64,000 bases of DNA from the human T2T-CHM13v2.0 reference genome, Homo sapiens: assembly GCF_009914755.1 (NCBI RefSeq), contig NC_060929.1. One strand, given 5' to 3'. How positions within the stretch are numbered: position 1 is the stretch's first letter; every line of letters begins with the position of its first letter. The notes below the pieces were generated by a model. The model had not been told where the DNA came from, made no database searches, and saw nothing but the letters and a program-made list of their open reading frames with translations. Positions 12,830 to 25,560 of the stretch are shown here, piece after piece. A program made the translations under genes and the position numbers.

Positions 12830-13460
12830 CTTTTTTGTAAGCCTTGTTTTTGGTGCTGAGAGCTCAAAGATGAATAAGACATCAATCGTGTCTCCAAGGA
12901 GCTCATACTCCTCTGGAAGAAACAATCACAGCACAATAAATATAGACACCTCAGACTGTGATAAGTAATGGACCAGAGGGATGAACATCCAGACTAAGTG
13001 GTGTCCAACTGCAGAAGGGGAAATTAATTCTTACGGGTGGGTAAGGAAAGACTCACAGAGAGGCAATGTTTGAGGCAAACCTGAAAGAATAGGAGAGTTT
13101 TGTTGGTAGGAAATGAGCAGAAGAACACTTTGGGAAGAGCTGATAGAATGGACACACAGCTAAGAGGCATATATTGGGAATTGTGAGGAGCCCAGCGTAG
13201 ATTGTCCATAAGGGTTGCTAAGGTCAGGAATGTCAGAAGCTTTCAAAGTACTTTGGAATTAGAGAGTAAAGAGCCTAGAATGGCAAGCCAGGGATTTGGT
13301 CTTTTATTCCCCCTAATTGAAATGCTGATTAAAGTTTTTGAGTAGAGTAGTAAATTTGCATTTTGAAAGTTGAGGCAGTATAGAAAGAATAGAGCCAGAA
13401 AGAATAAAAAGATAGATAATTCCAGGCAAGATCAAGTAATCAGAGCAAAGAATATTAGCT
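12830..13460 (-). mobile_element. L2 fragment
   Basis: aaagatgaataagaca..caaggagctcata motif. Confidence 0.7.
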
Positions 13461-13469
13461 ATGATTATT

Positions 13470-14400
13470 GGCCAGTTATCTGAAAATCCTAAAATCACAA
13501 TTGATTTTCTAAGATGGAAATTAATATCAACCAAGACTGTGAACATGTCTGGGGACATAATGTGCTAATTCACCTACCAGCTACACAGATGTTTCAGGTC
13601 AAATATGATAAAACATGAGGGCAGATAGGTTGGTCTACAATACCCATGAGCCCATTGTAATGTTCCAAGCATGCTCCATATTTGAATATTAGAATTGGAT
13701 GACATACAGACTGGAAGGGTCTTTAGAGGTCCTTTAGGCAAAACCCATCAATTAACAGATGAAAATGCAAGTGCAGAAATGATATATAAGGACCAAGATC
13801 AAATGATTAGTTTTTAGCAAGCCCAGTTCTAAAATCCAGAGCCACTAATAATTGGATCATAGACTGTAACTTGCTTCATGTAGAGGTGATCACTAAAGCA
13901 CCCTTTACAACAATGGTTCTTTTGATGCCTTTAGGCCTCACTCATAAAGAATCAGTTTCCTGTGACCAATGAGGCTTTCTCTATTTGTTTCTGTGAAAAG
14001 CAGTTTACAGGATTCTCCTGGGAGTCCATCTTTCTGTGAGTATATGTACAGAAGAGAGTGCATGTATTGAAAAGCTCAAAGAATAAAAGTTTTGATGGGT
14101 AATGATGTATAAAATCCTTAATATTTGCTTATACAGTCACTTTTTTATTATCCTATAATGGATTATCTAATTTTCAGATTATCCATGTTCTCTGTCTCTG
14201 TTTTAAAGACAGTTTCAGCAGAGAGGTAAAGAGTACATTTTTGCAGTCAATTTTTCAATTCGTTAGCAGTTGTATGAAATAGGATTTTTGGAAATACTGG
14301 TAACTAAACCTCTCCTTTGAAAAGATCTATGGGCATTTAGCTGTTTGCTTTCCCATCTTCACTGAAATGGGAGATCAAAGTGTGAAAAAAATGTGTTTTG
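13470..14400 (-). pseudogene. REJ module, later parts
   Basis: FFTL*SPISVKMGKQTA..KIDCKN (14220-14400); LYIYSQKDGLPGESCKLLFTETNRESLIG..GLKASKEPLL/CFS (13890-14050); LISILE..LG (13470-13535). Confidence 0.6.
13695..13845 (-). mobile_element. MIR/MIR3 fragment
   Basis: ctggaagggtctttagaggtc..acagatgaaaa. Confidence 0.55.
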
Positions 14401-14538
14401 ATAAAATACATAAGCAGATGGATACATTAGAAAATAGATAAGGCCGTTAGCTAGCATCATATGGTGCAAATAACTAGAATAAAGTGGTAAAACTCAACAT
14501 GGAGACATTATATCTAACCAGTGCGATAACCAGAACAT

Positions 14539-17500
14539 ACTTCATTTATTTATTTATTATGTTTAATAATTTCAACTTTTATTTTAGACTCAGGGGGTAC
14601 ATGTGCATATTTGTTACATGGGTATATTGTGAGACACTGAGGTTTGGAGTACAAATGGCCCCATCACCCAGGTAGTGAACACAGTGCTCAATAGGTAATT
14701 TTTCAGCCCCTGTCCTCATCCCACTTTCTCACCTCTAGTAGTCCACAGTATCTGTTGTTCCTGTCTTTACATCCATGTGTATCCAATGTTTAGCTGCCAC
14801 TTGTGAGAACATGTGATATTTGGTTTTCTGTTCCTGCATTAATTTGCTTAGGATAATGGCCTCCAGCTGCATCTATGTTGCTCTAGAGGACATGATTTCA
14901 TTCTTTTTTTAATGGCTGCCTAGTATTCCATGCACCACATTTTCTTTATCCAATCCACCACTGATGGGCATTTAGGTTGATTCCATGTCTTTGCTGTTAT
15001 GAATAGGGCTATCATGAACATATGAGTTCATGTATTTTTGGTAGAATGATTATTTTCCTTTGGGTGTGTATGCAGTAGTGGGATTGCTGGGTCAAATGGT
15101 TGTTCTGTTTTAAGTTCTTTGAGAAACCTCCAAACCAATTTCCACAGTGGCTGAACTACTTTACATTCCCACCAACAGTGTATAAACATCATTCCCTTTT
15201 CATTGCATCTGCTATTTTTTGACATTTTAGTAATAGCTATTCTGACTAGTGTGAGATGGTATCTCATTGTGGTTTTGATTGGCATTTCTCTCATGATTAG
15301 TGATGCTGAGCATTTTTTTTTATTTGTTTGTTGCCTGCTTGTATGTCTTCTTTTGAGAAGTATCTGTTCATGTCTTTTGCCCACTTTTTAATGGTGTTAT
15401 TTGGTTTTTGCTTGTTGAATTAAGTTCCTTATAGATTCTGGGTATTAGAACTTTGTCAGATGCATAGTTTGTGAATATTTTCTCCCATTCTGTAGGCCGC
15501 ATGTTTACTCTCTTGATAGCTTCTTTTGCTGTGCAGGAGCAATTTAATTTAATTAGGACCCACTTGTCAATTTTTGTTTTTGTTGTAATTGCTTTTGAGG
15601 ACATAGTCATAAATTCTTTACCAAGGCAGATGTCCAGAATAGTATTTCCTACTTTTTTCATCTTACATTTAAGTATTTGATCAATCTCGAGTTAATTTTT
15701 GTATATAGTGAAAGATAGGTGTCCAGTTTCATTCTTCTGCACATGGCTAGCCAGCTATCCCAGTATCATGCACTGAATAGGAAGTCCTTTCCCCATTGCT
15801 TACTTTTGCCAAATTTTTTAAAGATCAAATGGCTGTAGGTGCATGGCTTTATTTCCAGGTCCTCTACTCTGTTCCACTGGTCTAGGTGTCTGTTTTTGTA
15901 CCAGTACCATGCTGTTTTAATTACTGTAGCCTTATATCACAGTTGAAGTAGGAGAGTGTGATGCCTCTGGCTTTGTTCTTTTGCTTAGGATTGCTTTGGC
16001 TATTTGGTCTCTGTTTCGATTCCATATGAAGTTTAGAACAGTTTTTTCTACTTCTGTGAAAAAATGACATCAGGAGTTTGACAGGAATAGTGTTGAATAT
16101 GTGAATTGCTTTGGGTAGTATTGCCATTTTAACAATGTTGATTCTTCCAATCCATGAGCATGGAATGTTTGTTTGTGCCATCTATGGTTTCTTTCAGCAG
16201 TGTTTTATAATTCTTTTTGTAACAATCTTTCACCTCCTTGGTCAGATGTATTCCTAGTTTGTGTGTGTGTGTCTGTGTGTGTGTGTGTGGCTATTGTAAA
16301 TGGGACTGAGTTATTGATTTGGCTTTCAGCTTGAACATTACTGGGGCGTAAAAACACTACTTACTTTTGTGCGTTAATTTTGTATCCTGAAGCTTTGCTG
16401 AAGTCAATTTTCAGTTCTAGGAGCCTTTTGGTGGAGTCTTTAGGATTTTCCAGATAGAGAATCATATTCTCAGCAAAGAGAAATAGTTTGACTTCTTCTT
16501 TTCCTATTTGGATGCCTTTTATTTCTTTCTCTTAGCTGATTGCTGTGGCCAGGATTTCCAGTACTATGATGAATAGGCATAGTGAGAGTGGGCATCCTTA
16601 TCTTGTTCCAATTCTCAAGGGAAATGCTTCCAGTTTTTGCTTGTTCAGTATGATGTTGGCTTTGGGTTTGTCATAGATGGCTCTTATTATTTTCAGGTGT
16701 GTTCCTTCAATGTCTAGCTTGTTGAGCGTTTTTTATCATGAAGCGATATTGGATTTTATTGAAAGCTTTTTCTGTGTCTATTGAGATGACCATACGGTTT
16801 TTATTTTCAATTGTTTATGTGGTGAATCACATTCATTGATTTGTGTATGTAGACCTAACCTTGCATCCTAGGAATAAAGCCTCGTTGATCACAGTGAATT
16901 AACTTTTTGATGTGCTGCTGGATTTGTTTGCTTGTATTTTGTTGAGGATTTTCACGTCTATGCTCATCAAGGATCTTAGCCTTTAGTTTTCTTTTTTTGT
17001 TATGTGTTTGCCAGGTTTTGGTATCAGGGTAATACTGACTTTAACTTTTTTATAGTTTCAGTAGAATTGGTAGCAGCTCTTCTTTGTATGTCTGGTAGAA
17101 TTTGGCTGTGAATCCATCCGGTCTAGGGCTTTGGTGGTTTTTTATTACTGATTAAGTTTCAGAACTTGATATTGGTCTGTTCCGGGTTTCAATTTCTTCC
17201 TGATTTAATTGTAGAAGATGGTGTGTTTCCAGGAACTTATCCACTTCCTCTAGATTTTCTAGTTTGTGTGCATAGAAGTGTTCATAATAGTCTCTGAGGA
17301 TCTTTTGTATTTCTGTGAGATCAGTTGTAATGTCACCTTTGTCATTTCTGACTGTACTTATTTGGATCTTTTCTATTAATCTAGCTAGTGGTCTATCCAC
17401 CTTGTTTATCTTTTCAAAAAAGCAATTTTTGGTTTTGTTAATTATTTGTATGGATTTTAGTGTCTCAATTTCATTCTGTTCTGCTCTGACTATAGCTATT

Positions 17501-18100
17501 TACTTTTCTGCTAGTATATGTGTTAGTTTGTTCTTATTTTTTTACTTTCTACAGGTATGATATTAGATCATTAACTTGAGGTCTTTCTAACTTTTTGAGG
17601 TAGACATTTAGTGCTAAAAACTTTCCTCTTAACACTGCTTTTGCTGCATCCCAGAAGTTTTGATATGTTATGTCTCTGTTTTCATTTATTTCAAAGAGCA
17701 ATTTCAATTCTGCCTTAATTTCATTGTTTGCTCAAAAGTCATTTAGGAACAAGTGTTTAATTTCCCTGTAATTCTGTGGTTTTGAGAGAACTTCTGGGTA
17801 CTGTTTTCTATTTTTATTGCACTGTGTTCCAATAGTATGGCTGTTATGATTTTGATTTTTTTAATTTATTGAGACTTGCCTTATGGCCAACCATTTTGTC
17901 GATCCTGGAGTATGTTTCTTGTGCAAGGTGTGTGACTCAGACTGCTGAACCAGGTGAGCGGTTGCTACAAATGTCTGGAGATTTGCCTGGGTGGGGAGTG
18001 GACAAGACCCACTGTACCACAGTCTATGCACAGGAAGAATGGGGTGAGTCAGACTGCTGATCAAGGTGGGCAGGTGCTCTGAATACATGGAGATCTGACA
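14539..18100 (-). mobile_element. L1PA16-like LINE-1 (3'UTR plus most of ORF2, joined to a probable 5'UTR piece)
   Basis: 3' end tcaacttttattttaga.tcagggggtacatgtgca; ORF2 peptides ([25 protein letters not shown]); candidate TSD cagaacat at 14531 and 18102. Confidence 0.9.
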
Positions 18101-18159
18101 ACAGAACATTTAAATAGTAAAAGTTAAAAGTTGTTGGTAATAGACTCTAAGTGGAGCCT

Positions 18160-19230
18160 TCTTTCTTACCATGCTGGTCTCTCTTAGGCAATTTCATCCT
18201 TGGCCACAGTTTCGATTACCACCTATATGCAGGTGATTTACAAATTTTATCTCCCTTTTGAGCTTCTAGGCTGATTTTCTTGAGTGGGAAAATAAAGCCA
18301 GATTTAGATTTCAAAATAAGATTTTGAATATCTTCATTTGGTGAGGAAATAAGAGGGAACTTCATCAGCCAAAATTCTGATGGCTATCTCATCTCAATTG
18401 CTTTAAAATTACAGGCTCCTTTTCATCAGGTAAAACCAAGACTCTCTGAAAAATGCTCTGTAATAAGCAAAGGAAGAGAGACTGCCGTGAAATAAGTTGA
18501 GGAGAGAAATCTGGTGACACAAAGTAACGAGAGAAAGAGTAGACCTACATTTTAGCATACTTCAAAGAGGCTGTTTGAAAAGAGATTTGATATGCACTTG
18601 AAAGTTCCACAGTATTTGTCAAATAAAATGTTAAGATTGTTATCTTTTGGAGAATTTTTCTTTGTCTAGCAGGTTACTTGATGTGTAGCTCTGTGTGTTA
18701 TGGGGAATGATATTCTTCATTATTTTCCAACTGCCTCCTTGGTATCACCTCTTGGATACTCCAAAGCCATCCATCACATCCAAAACTAAAGTCATGAACT
18801 TTCTTCAAAAGCCTACTTTCCATTTTCTATTGCAGTGAATAATGACACCATGTATTTAGCTAATCAAGCTAGAAATCTGTGCATTTGTCTCTCTCTTTTG
18901 TCCTCTGTATTCAATCCATGACCAAGTACTATATATATATATATCTTTCTCCAAGCCTGAGTTTGAAATCCTTTCAATAATTTCCATTGCTATAAGGAGA
19001 ACAAAGTCTTATTTGGATTTTCCCAAGGTCTCGACATTGCCTGTTGCTCAAGCCTCATCTTGCTTCACTCTGCTTGAGGCCCTCTATTCCATGTAGCTTC
19101 CTTTTAATTTTTTCCAACGTGCCATGCTATCTCTCTCAACAGTGTCTTTCCACACATGTTCTTCACTCTCTTGGAATATTTCTGTTTGTGAATGGATCTT
19201 GTACAGCAATACTTAGAGAAGGTCTCTAAC
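18160..19230 (+). mobile_element. L2 fragments (18160-18270 and 18720-19230)
   Basis: ccacctatatgcaggtga..caaatttta; tccaactgcctccttgg..caaaactaaa. Confidence 0.65.
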
Positions 19231-19449
19231 TCAGAACTTTATAAAGACAGCATCATTAATTGAGAATGACTAAATAATACTTTGAAAAGAGAGCTAACTA
19301 TGTTAGTTTAATGGGCAATTATTATAAGCACGAATAGACTATAAACAGCTGTATATGCCAAAGCTACCAAAAATATATGGTAATCCCGCATGCACTAAAG
19401 TGTTGCTAGTTGTGGTTTTGAGATAATGTAGCTTTATATTTTACACTAA

Positions 19450-19800
19450 AACAATTTAAATGTGCAATTTGCCATCATATTTGCAAACAGGTTCAGAAGT
19501 GGTTTAGTCTGCACAAAATAAAACCTGTGGCAAAGCTGATAGAATAACAGTGCCACGGTGTCACAGTTCCTGAACCATTGAAGAGGTATGGAAGACCAGG
19601 GAAGATTCACAATGATCTAAAGCTGTTTAGTTTTCAAATTGTATGCCTTCCAGAACCTTTGTGTGTTTTTGTTTTTTCCTTTAATCTCCTATTCTCTAGG
19701 AGATCTCAATCTCGTCAAGGTGATTTTACCAACCGAAATACTTTTTAGGGATATAACTCCTTAGACAGAAGTATTGTTGGAGAGGCTGAGACACCTTTTC
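19450..19800 (-). pseudogene. REJ module, first part
   Basis: P*KVFR/NHLDEIEIS ... TQRFWKAYNLKTKQL*IIVNLP ... TVILSALP/FYFVQ, collinear with the PKD1 REJ start as I recall it (RRSQRNYLEAHVDL...YRWEVY...VALP...LALPVGHYCF). Confidence 0.7.
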
Positions 19801-20763
19801 CAAAAGTAGCAGCATTTTTTTTTCAAAAACAAAAACCAAATATGCAGATATGATATAAAGACTAGGATGAAGAAAATATTACATGAAGCAGAATGAAATA
19901 CACCATTGAAAGCTCAAATCTGAAGAGATACAAAGGATGGTATCTATCTTCTAGTTCTAGCTCCTTCATAAACATCAAGCAAATAATTCTGGCTCCTGAC
20001 TCTAAGGCCCTACCACCTAATCTCCCTACTACCCAGTTTTACTTGCTGTAATATTAAGACCAAGCTAAGCCCCTGCTCTAGTCGGCAAGAAATTTGTGGT
20101 AACACCTTCTCGTTATGGGAAAGACTCTTCCCTGGTGTGACTAAGGGATATATCTCTGTCTCACCTACTCATCATCAGATCCCGACCCATACCTTCTGCT
20201 TTCCATGTGCATGCTCTGAATTGGCAAGACTTTGAATGCAAATCATAATTCTCAGTCTTTTCATGTGCAGTTGTTCTAAGTTGACTTGAGGGCAGAGTCT
20301 CAGGACCCTAAGCATTTGTAATTAATAGTTTTTGCAGAGATTTCTGCAATAACAGCAATGAAAAAGCTGAATTTTTATTCAGTGTGTCCCTTAAAATTCT
20401 GGTTGTGATGCCATGACCTGGGAAATGTCCCTCTCCAGTTCCATGTTTTCTAGGCTTAGTAGCTCTGAGTAACACAGGATCTGTGAGAGGATTTTATTTT
20501 AAACTCTGGCTTTTGGACAGGGTTATACCTTCCTGGTTGTTTCCTGAATAAACCTTCCCTGATGCCCAGAATCATGAATCTTATGGTACTTTGTTTCTAT
20601 CATATTTAAAGTGCATTTATTCTATTCTGTGACCAAAATAACCCAGAGTTTTGCTCACTTTTTTTTTTTTTTTACTGTCCATGCCCAAGTATGAGCACTG
20701 CTGTGTATATATACATCTCACTGAAATAACTGGATTTATAGTGTTTGAGAGTCCACCACTTAC

Positions 20764-23380
20764 CCGCAGCTGTGCTTCCACCTATGGCAAGGGTAATTCA
20801 TAACAACAGCAGTGGCGACACCCTGCTTCTTGGTTGCATGGATGTCTAATTAATCAAAAATTTCTGGGTGAAAAGATAGTCTCATGCTGTCTTTGAATTT
20901 TGCTTACCCTACCTTAGCTCTGCTCCTTGGCATGGATTTCCTAAATCCGGCATCCTTTCTGTGTGTAAAAGGGACAATCTGATATGGTGGTGATAAAGAA
21001 GGCAATGGAGAAAGCATTCTTTACGTTAGCTCTCCCCTGAAAGCCATTTAAAGTTTAAGATGTATAATGCCATGTTAAAAGGAGCAAAGCCTTTTTTGGC
21101 CATAGGATTATGAAGATAAACATAAAGAACTTATTGTTATTCTTTTGTAATTAGCATTAGCAAATTATTCCCCTTGTCTTTTCTTAAGTTTCTCAAATGG
21201 AACCTGTTTGTGATTAGGCTCTGTGCCAATTTGAATGGGCAACCTTCTAAAACATAAAAAAAAAGCTTTGTAACAGGAAGTCAGAATCTTAATAACACCG
21301 TGAGGAGTAGCTCTGTGATAAATCTGGTCCCAGAAACTAACAGTCAACTTTGCTTTCATAGTCCTAAGACTCACAAACAGACTATTTGCCAAAGTCTCAG
21401 AATGTCTGGAGGAGGATAGTAAGAGGATGACCCAGTTGGCAGCTTGGGTCATTTTGTATGAGGCCCTCTGTGAGTTTTCTTGGAATTACTAATACAAGTC
21501 AGGAGAAAAATAGATACCAGCACTTCAAGCCTTGTTTAGCTTGAATAGTCACAAAGGACTTTTTGCACTTTGTGTCTAATAGGCTTTGCTCTGAAAATCT
21601 TCGTCCATTGCTGTGCCAAATCCTGGCTCATGCCATATGTCATGCACAGCAATTACATTAGATAATAAACTGCATGTTCCCTTGATGTACCCTCCCCCAA
21701 TCTCCAGTCAGTGACAGTGCCCTTAGAGAATGTCTGAGCTTTCATATTTGCAGAGAAACCCTCTGTTCAGACAGCAGAGGATTCATTTAATTTCAGCAAC
21801 TGGCTATTACAGCTATATAAACATCTCTCTAGGCTTCCCAAATAAGCATGGCCTACATTCCCCACTTCCTTTTTTATTCAGGATAGGGAAGAATTAAAAA
21901 AGAAAAAAGCTAATAAATTTATATTAACAAATAAACAGACATAGGATACGCGCACACACACACACACACACTGCCCATATATATACTTATATCAGAAATA
22001 TAAAATAACAGAAATTTTAGCCCTCCTCCTTAAGATGGTAGGAATATAAAATAATTTGGAAACAAGTGAAAATATTTGGGAAAGACTGGTGGGCCAGGAG
22101 TGTTTGTACATAAAGTTGCTGGTCCCAGGTGGTGATGCACTCAGGGAGCTGGAGGATCCGTTTTCCCTCATCAGGTATCGGGGGCTTCTCCACCTCCCTC
22201 TCAGGGGTGAACATAGCCAGCCAGGCAGCTTTCCCTGTGACCAGCGCCTGCCTCTCTGCAGATTGCAGTGTGAAGTGCCTTGTGGGTTTCATGTTCCCCT
22301 GAGTTGATTCAGGTGTAAGTATAAAACTGATGGCAGTTGGAGAAGGTCAGCATTACATATTCATTTTATTTTAAATAATTGATGATGTTTCCTGTCTCTG
22401 CTTACATTAATTGCTCTCAGGTGTTAGAAAATGACTCAGTGAGTTGCCTTTTAATATGCTTTTTTAGAAAGACAGTGTGTCTGCTCTTTGGAATACTAAA
22501 AGCCGCATGTACTGTGCAGGACTTTCTAACTGGAGGTTAATAAAGGGAAATTAAACATATGCATTGATGCTCTCTGCTGTGTGGAGAGGGAGAGTGTGCC
22601 CAACTATGCACCCAAGGATGTGAGCCATAATTCTATCCAATCTTAGAATAAAACTCATGTTTACCCAGATTCTCCTGGTCAGATGTAGATGGGAAAGCCA
22701 ATTTGATATTTTCTAAGGTGGTGACACTAATAATGGAGTATAAAATACAAAGTCATTTTTCACAATCAGTCCATAGAAAGATATTCTTTATCAAGTACAA
22801 ACCACAAGTATTTTTTCAATGAATGCAGTTATCCAAAGGAATAGGATGCCATTTTTAAAAATTGATCATACGTATACAGAAGAGCCAAGTTCTTAAAACA
22901 ATGTCGATTTCACTGCTTCTCAAAATATCAACGGCCTTACTTACAGTCATTTATAAAAAGGTGTGGGATTTTTTGGTTTTAAACATTGTTTGTAAAGAGA
23001 AGTTGGGCAAACAACATGGCTGACTCTAAGTCCGGCTCCATTTGCATATCCTGCATTGGTGTTTCTGTGAAGTACATTTATGATGCCTATTAAAGAAAAT
23101 CAAGAAACTTCTAAAACACTTTTCTTTGATGCATGCATCTAGAGTAGGACATGAATCAAATTCAAATGGAATCAAGTCAATCAGGATGAGTCTCAGAAGC
23201 ACACCTGGCTTTTGAGAAAGAGTTAGTTGCTTTGGGGGGTATCCTAGGGGGAAGCATCTTACTTGGGGTGTCATCATCCAATCAGTAGATGTCTGATGGC
23301 TCTGTCCAGCAGTAGCAGTCTCAAACCCCACTGTGAAAAGAGGGGCTTCCTCCTATTTGTCTCTTCGATTTGAAGTTTAT
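20764..23380 (-). pseudogene. Further PKD-repeat pseudo-exons
   Basis: KLQIEE..VGFETATAG..DW/DDTP ending at caa|gtaaga (23263); ALVTGKAAWL..LYVQTLLAHQSF (22090-22260); TVSFWD (about 21335); IHATKKQGVATAVV ending at donor cgg|gtaagt (20764). Confidence 0.55.
21951..21971. repeat. (CA)n microsatellite
   Basis: Direct reading. Confidence 0.9.
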
Positions 23381-23579
23381 ACAGGAAGAAGAGCAAGAGA
23401 ATCATAAATAACATTTAAATTTAGGAGCTACACTTTTTAAGTTTTCAAGAAGACAGCAACTGTAACCAAAAGAGCTTTGTTCTCAGGCTAAATTTTGATT
23501 GATTAGGAAGCAGGACATTCTCTAACCATTGTAAACCATAACCTAATCATTAACTTTGTGAAGTTAATATTCAGCACTG

Positions 23580-23868
23580 TTTTTTTTTTTTTTTTAGATG
23601 GGGTCTCGCTCTGTCACCCAAGCTGAAATGCAGTGATACGATCATAGTTTACTGCAGCTTCAAACTCTTGGTCTCAAGGGATCCTCCCACCTCAGTCTCC
23701 TGAATAGCTACAACTACAGGCACACACCACCACACTCGGCTAATTACGTTTTTTACATTATTTTTTGTAGAGACAGGGGTCTCACTTTCTTGCCCAGACT
23801 GGTCTTGAACTGCTGGCTTCAAGCAATCCTCCCACCCCAGCCTCCCAAAGTGTTGGGCCTGCCTGGCC
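23580..23868 (-). mobile_element. AluJ
   Basis: Poly-T and dimeric Alu with J-type gatcatag..caaactc; imperfect TSD atattcagcact/atatacagtact. Confidence 0.95.
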
Positions 23869-23993
23869 ATATACAGTACTTTATACCGCATTGACCTATA
23901 CAATCATTTACATGTGCACAAAATATGTGTGCAACATGCAGAGCTATAGCCAGGTGTGTGGTTGTGTGCAGACACATGCATATGCAGACAGAG

Positions 23994-23996
<3 letters not shown>

Positions 23997-24031
<35 letters not shown>
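23997..24031. repeat. (CA)17 microsatellite
   Basis: Direct reading. Confidence 0.95.
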
Positions 24032-24032
<1 letters not shown>

Positions 24033-24499
24033 AAGTCAGTACACCAGCTGTTCAGCATTATTTACAATATATTGGAATCACCGCTGACCTAAAGAGCTGA
24101 AGAAAATAACAGGCCATATTTTCAGCTTAGTAAAACCCTGCAGTAGGGAGCCCTTTATGAACAATTACAAGCATTTGCTGGAAATACATTTGCTGATTTA
24201 ACAAACTGGGTAGGACAAATGTTTAACATGCTGTCGTAATGATGTTCAGATGCTTTTCTTAGTATTCGCTGATCTGAGATAATGCGTTCTTGCCCAATCA
24301 TGCTACAAAGAAGCAGCGGAAATAAATAAATAAATAGATGTAATGTGATGCGCTCTCACAATAGCAGAGCTGCTGACTGCCCCTGACAGATGGGAGAAAA
24401 AAAAAGTCAATATGATGTCTGAGACAGCCCAGGCTCGGCACTGCAGAATAAATTACATGATTCGCTGAATGCCTGGGCTTCGCTCAGACATACAAAAAA

Positions 24500-25560
24500 A
24501 TTGGAAAGATAAAAGCTTGCATTGGCTTCAGATGATATTTACTGCTTGATGGATTTACTAGCAGCCCCAGTACAGTCATACTGTATTGAATTATTGGCCT
24601 CTATTTAGCTGTGTGTCCGTCGGAGCTTGAGTGTCCATTTAAGCGTAAGTGAGCTGGAGGCCCGCCAAGTCTCTCAGAGGCTCTGGGTACAGAGGAAGAC
24701 GCAAGCTAATGGCCACCAGCTTGAATAACAGGGAGCTTGAGGATACTGGGGTAGGCAACAAAGCCCAGCTACAAAGTACTTTCTTATCAATATTAATGCC
24801 AAAATAAATATTAATGGAGGCTTCCCGGCATACCATTTTTGAATGTGCCCTGTTTTCTTTGTATTTTAACACAAATAGCTGGAAATGACTGTGTGATTTT
24901 TTTCTTTCCCTCTCCTTCACACTTTTTCTCCCTTTGAATCTAAGAAGGAATTTGGAAAAGACCATTAGCTTTACTGCTGCCCGTTGTCACAGCAGCAGTG
25001 TTTCTATAAGGCAAAGGAGGCAAATGAAATGCTGGCTCTAAGAGGTATACAGCTTCCAATAAAATATATGATTAGAATTGTAATGTGCAGTACATCAGCT
25101 ATTGTTACAGAGTCTTTACTGCATTGTGCTATGGCAGTTCAATTGGGAAGGAGCCTTCCATGTACAAAGCGCCCGTTAGGAAAGTTGCATTGTTATCATA
25201 GCTTCAAAAAAGAAGGTGGTGTGTGGAACAGGGGATATGTGCAACTCTCTGTACTTTCCACTCAGTTTTGCCATGAACGTAAAACAGCTCTAAAGCATAA
25301 AGTTTATTAGTTAAATAGAAACACACAAACACACATATACACACAAAGAGGGTGCAGGCAGGTTGGGTTGCGGTGGAGGAACAAAGAGGGCTAAGTGTTG
25401 AAGGCACTGGATTCAGCTACCCAGGGCCTAAAGTGTGAATGAACTGTAATTTTTCATAGTTTGTGCACTATAGGGAAGAGGGAGTAACTGGGGAGATGGG
25501 CCAGTCAAAGAGAAAGTCAGGGTCTGGCTCATCATTATTTATGGGAAAGATTAGGGGAGG
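24500..25560 (-). pseudogene. Four tandem PKD repeats in a large decayed exon, split by an L1 fragment
   Basis: FIHTLGPG*/SAFNT (about 25420), LYMEGSFPIELP*HNAV (about 25150), KYKE/QGTFK/MVCREASINI (about 24840), IQYSMTVLG/HQAVNII (about 24560). Frameshifts are needed. Confidence 0.7.
25210..25320 (+). mobile_element. Old L1M 3'-end fragment
   Basis: aactctctgtactttccactcagttttgccatgaac.taaaacagctctaaa. Confidence 0.8.

Noticed and set aside
22129-22314. Possible plus-strand exon (cccag...gtaagt) and 83-aa ORF
   Set aside because: No partner exons or recognisable protein; the minus-strand PKD-like reading explains the segment better.
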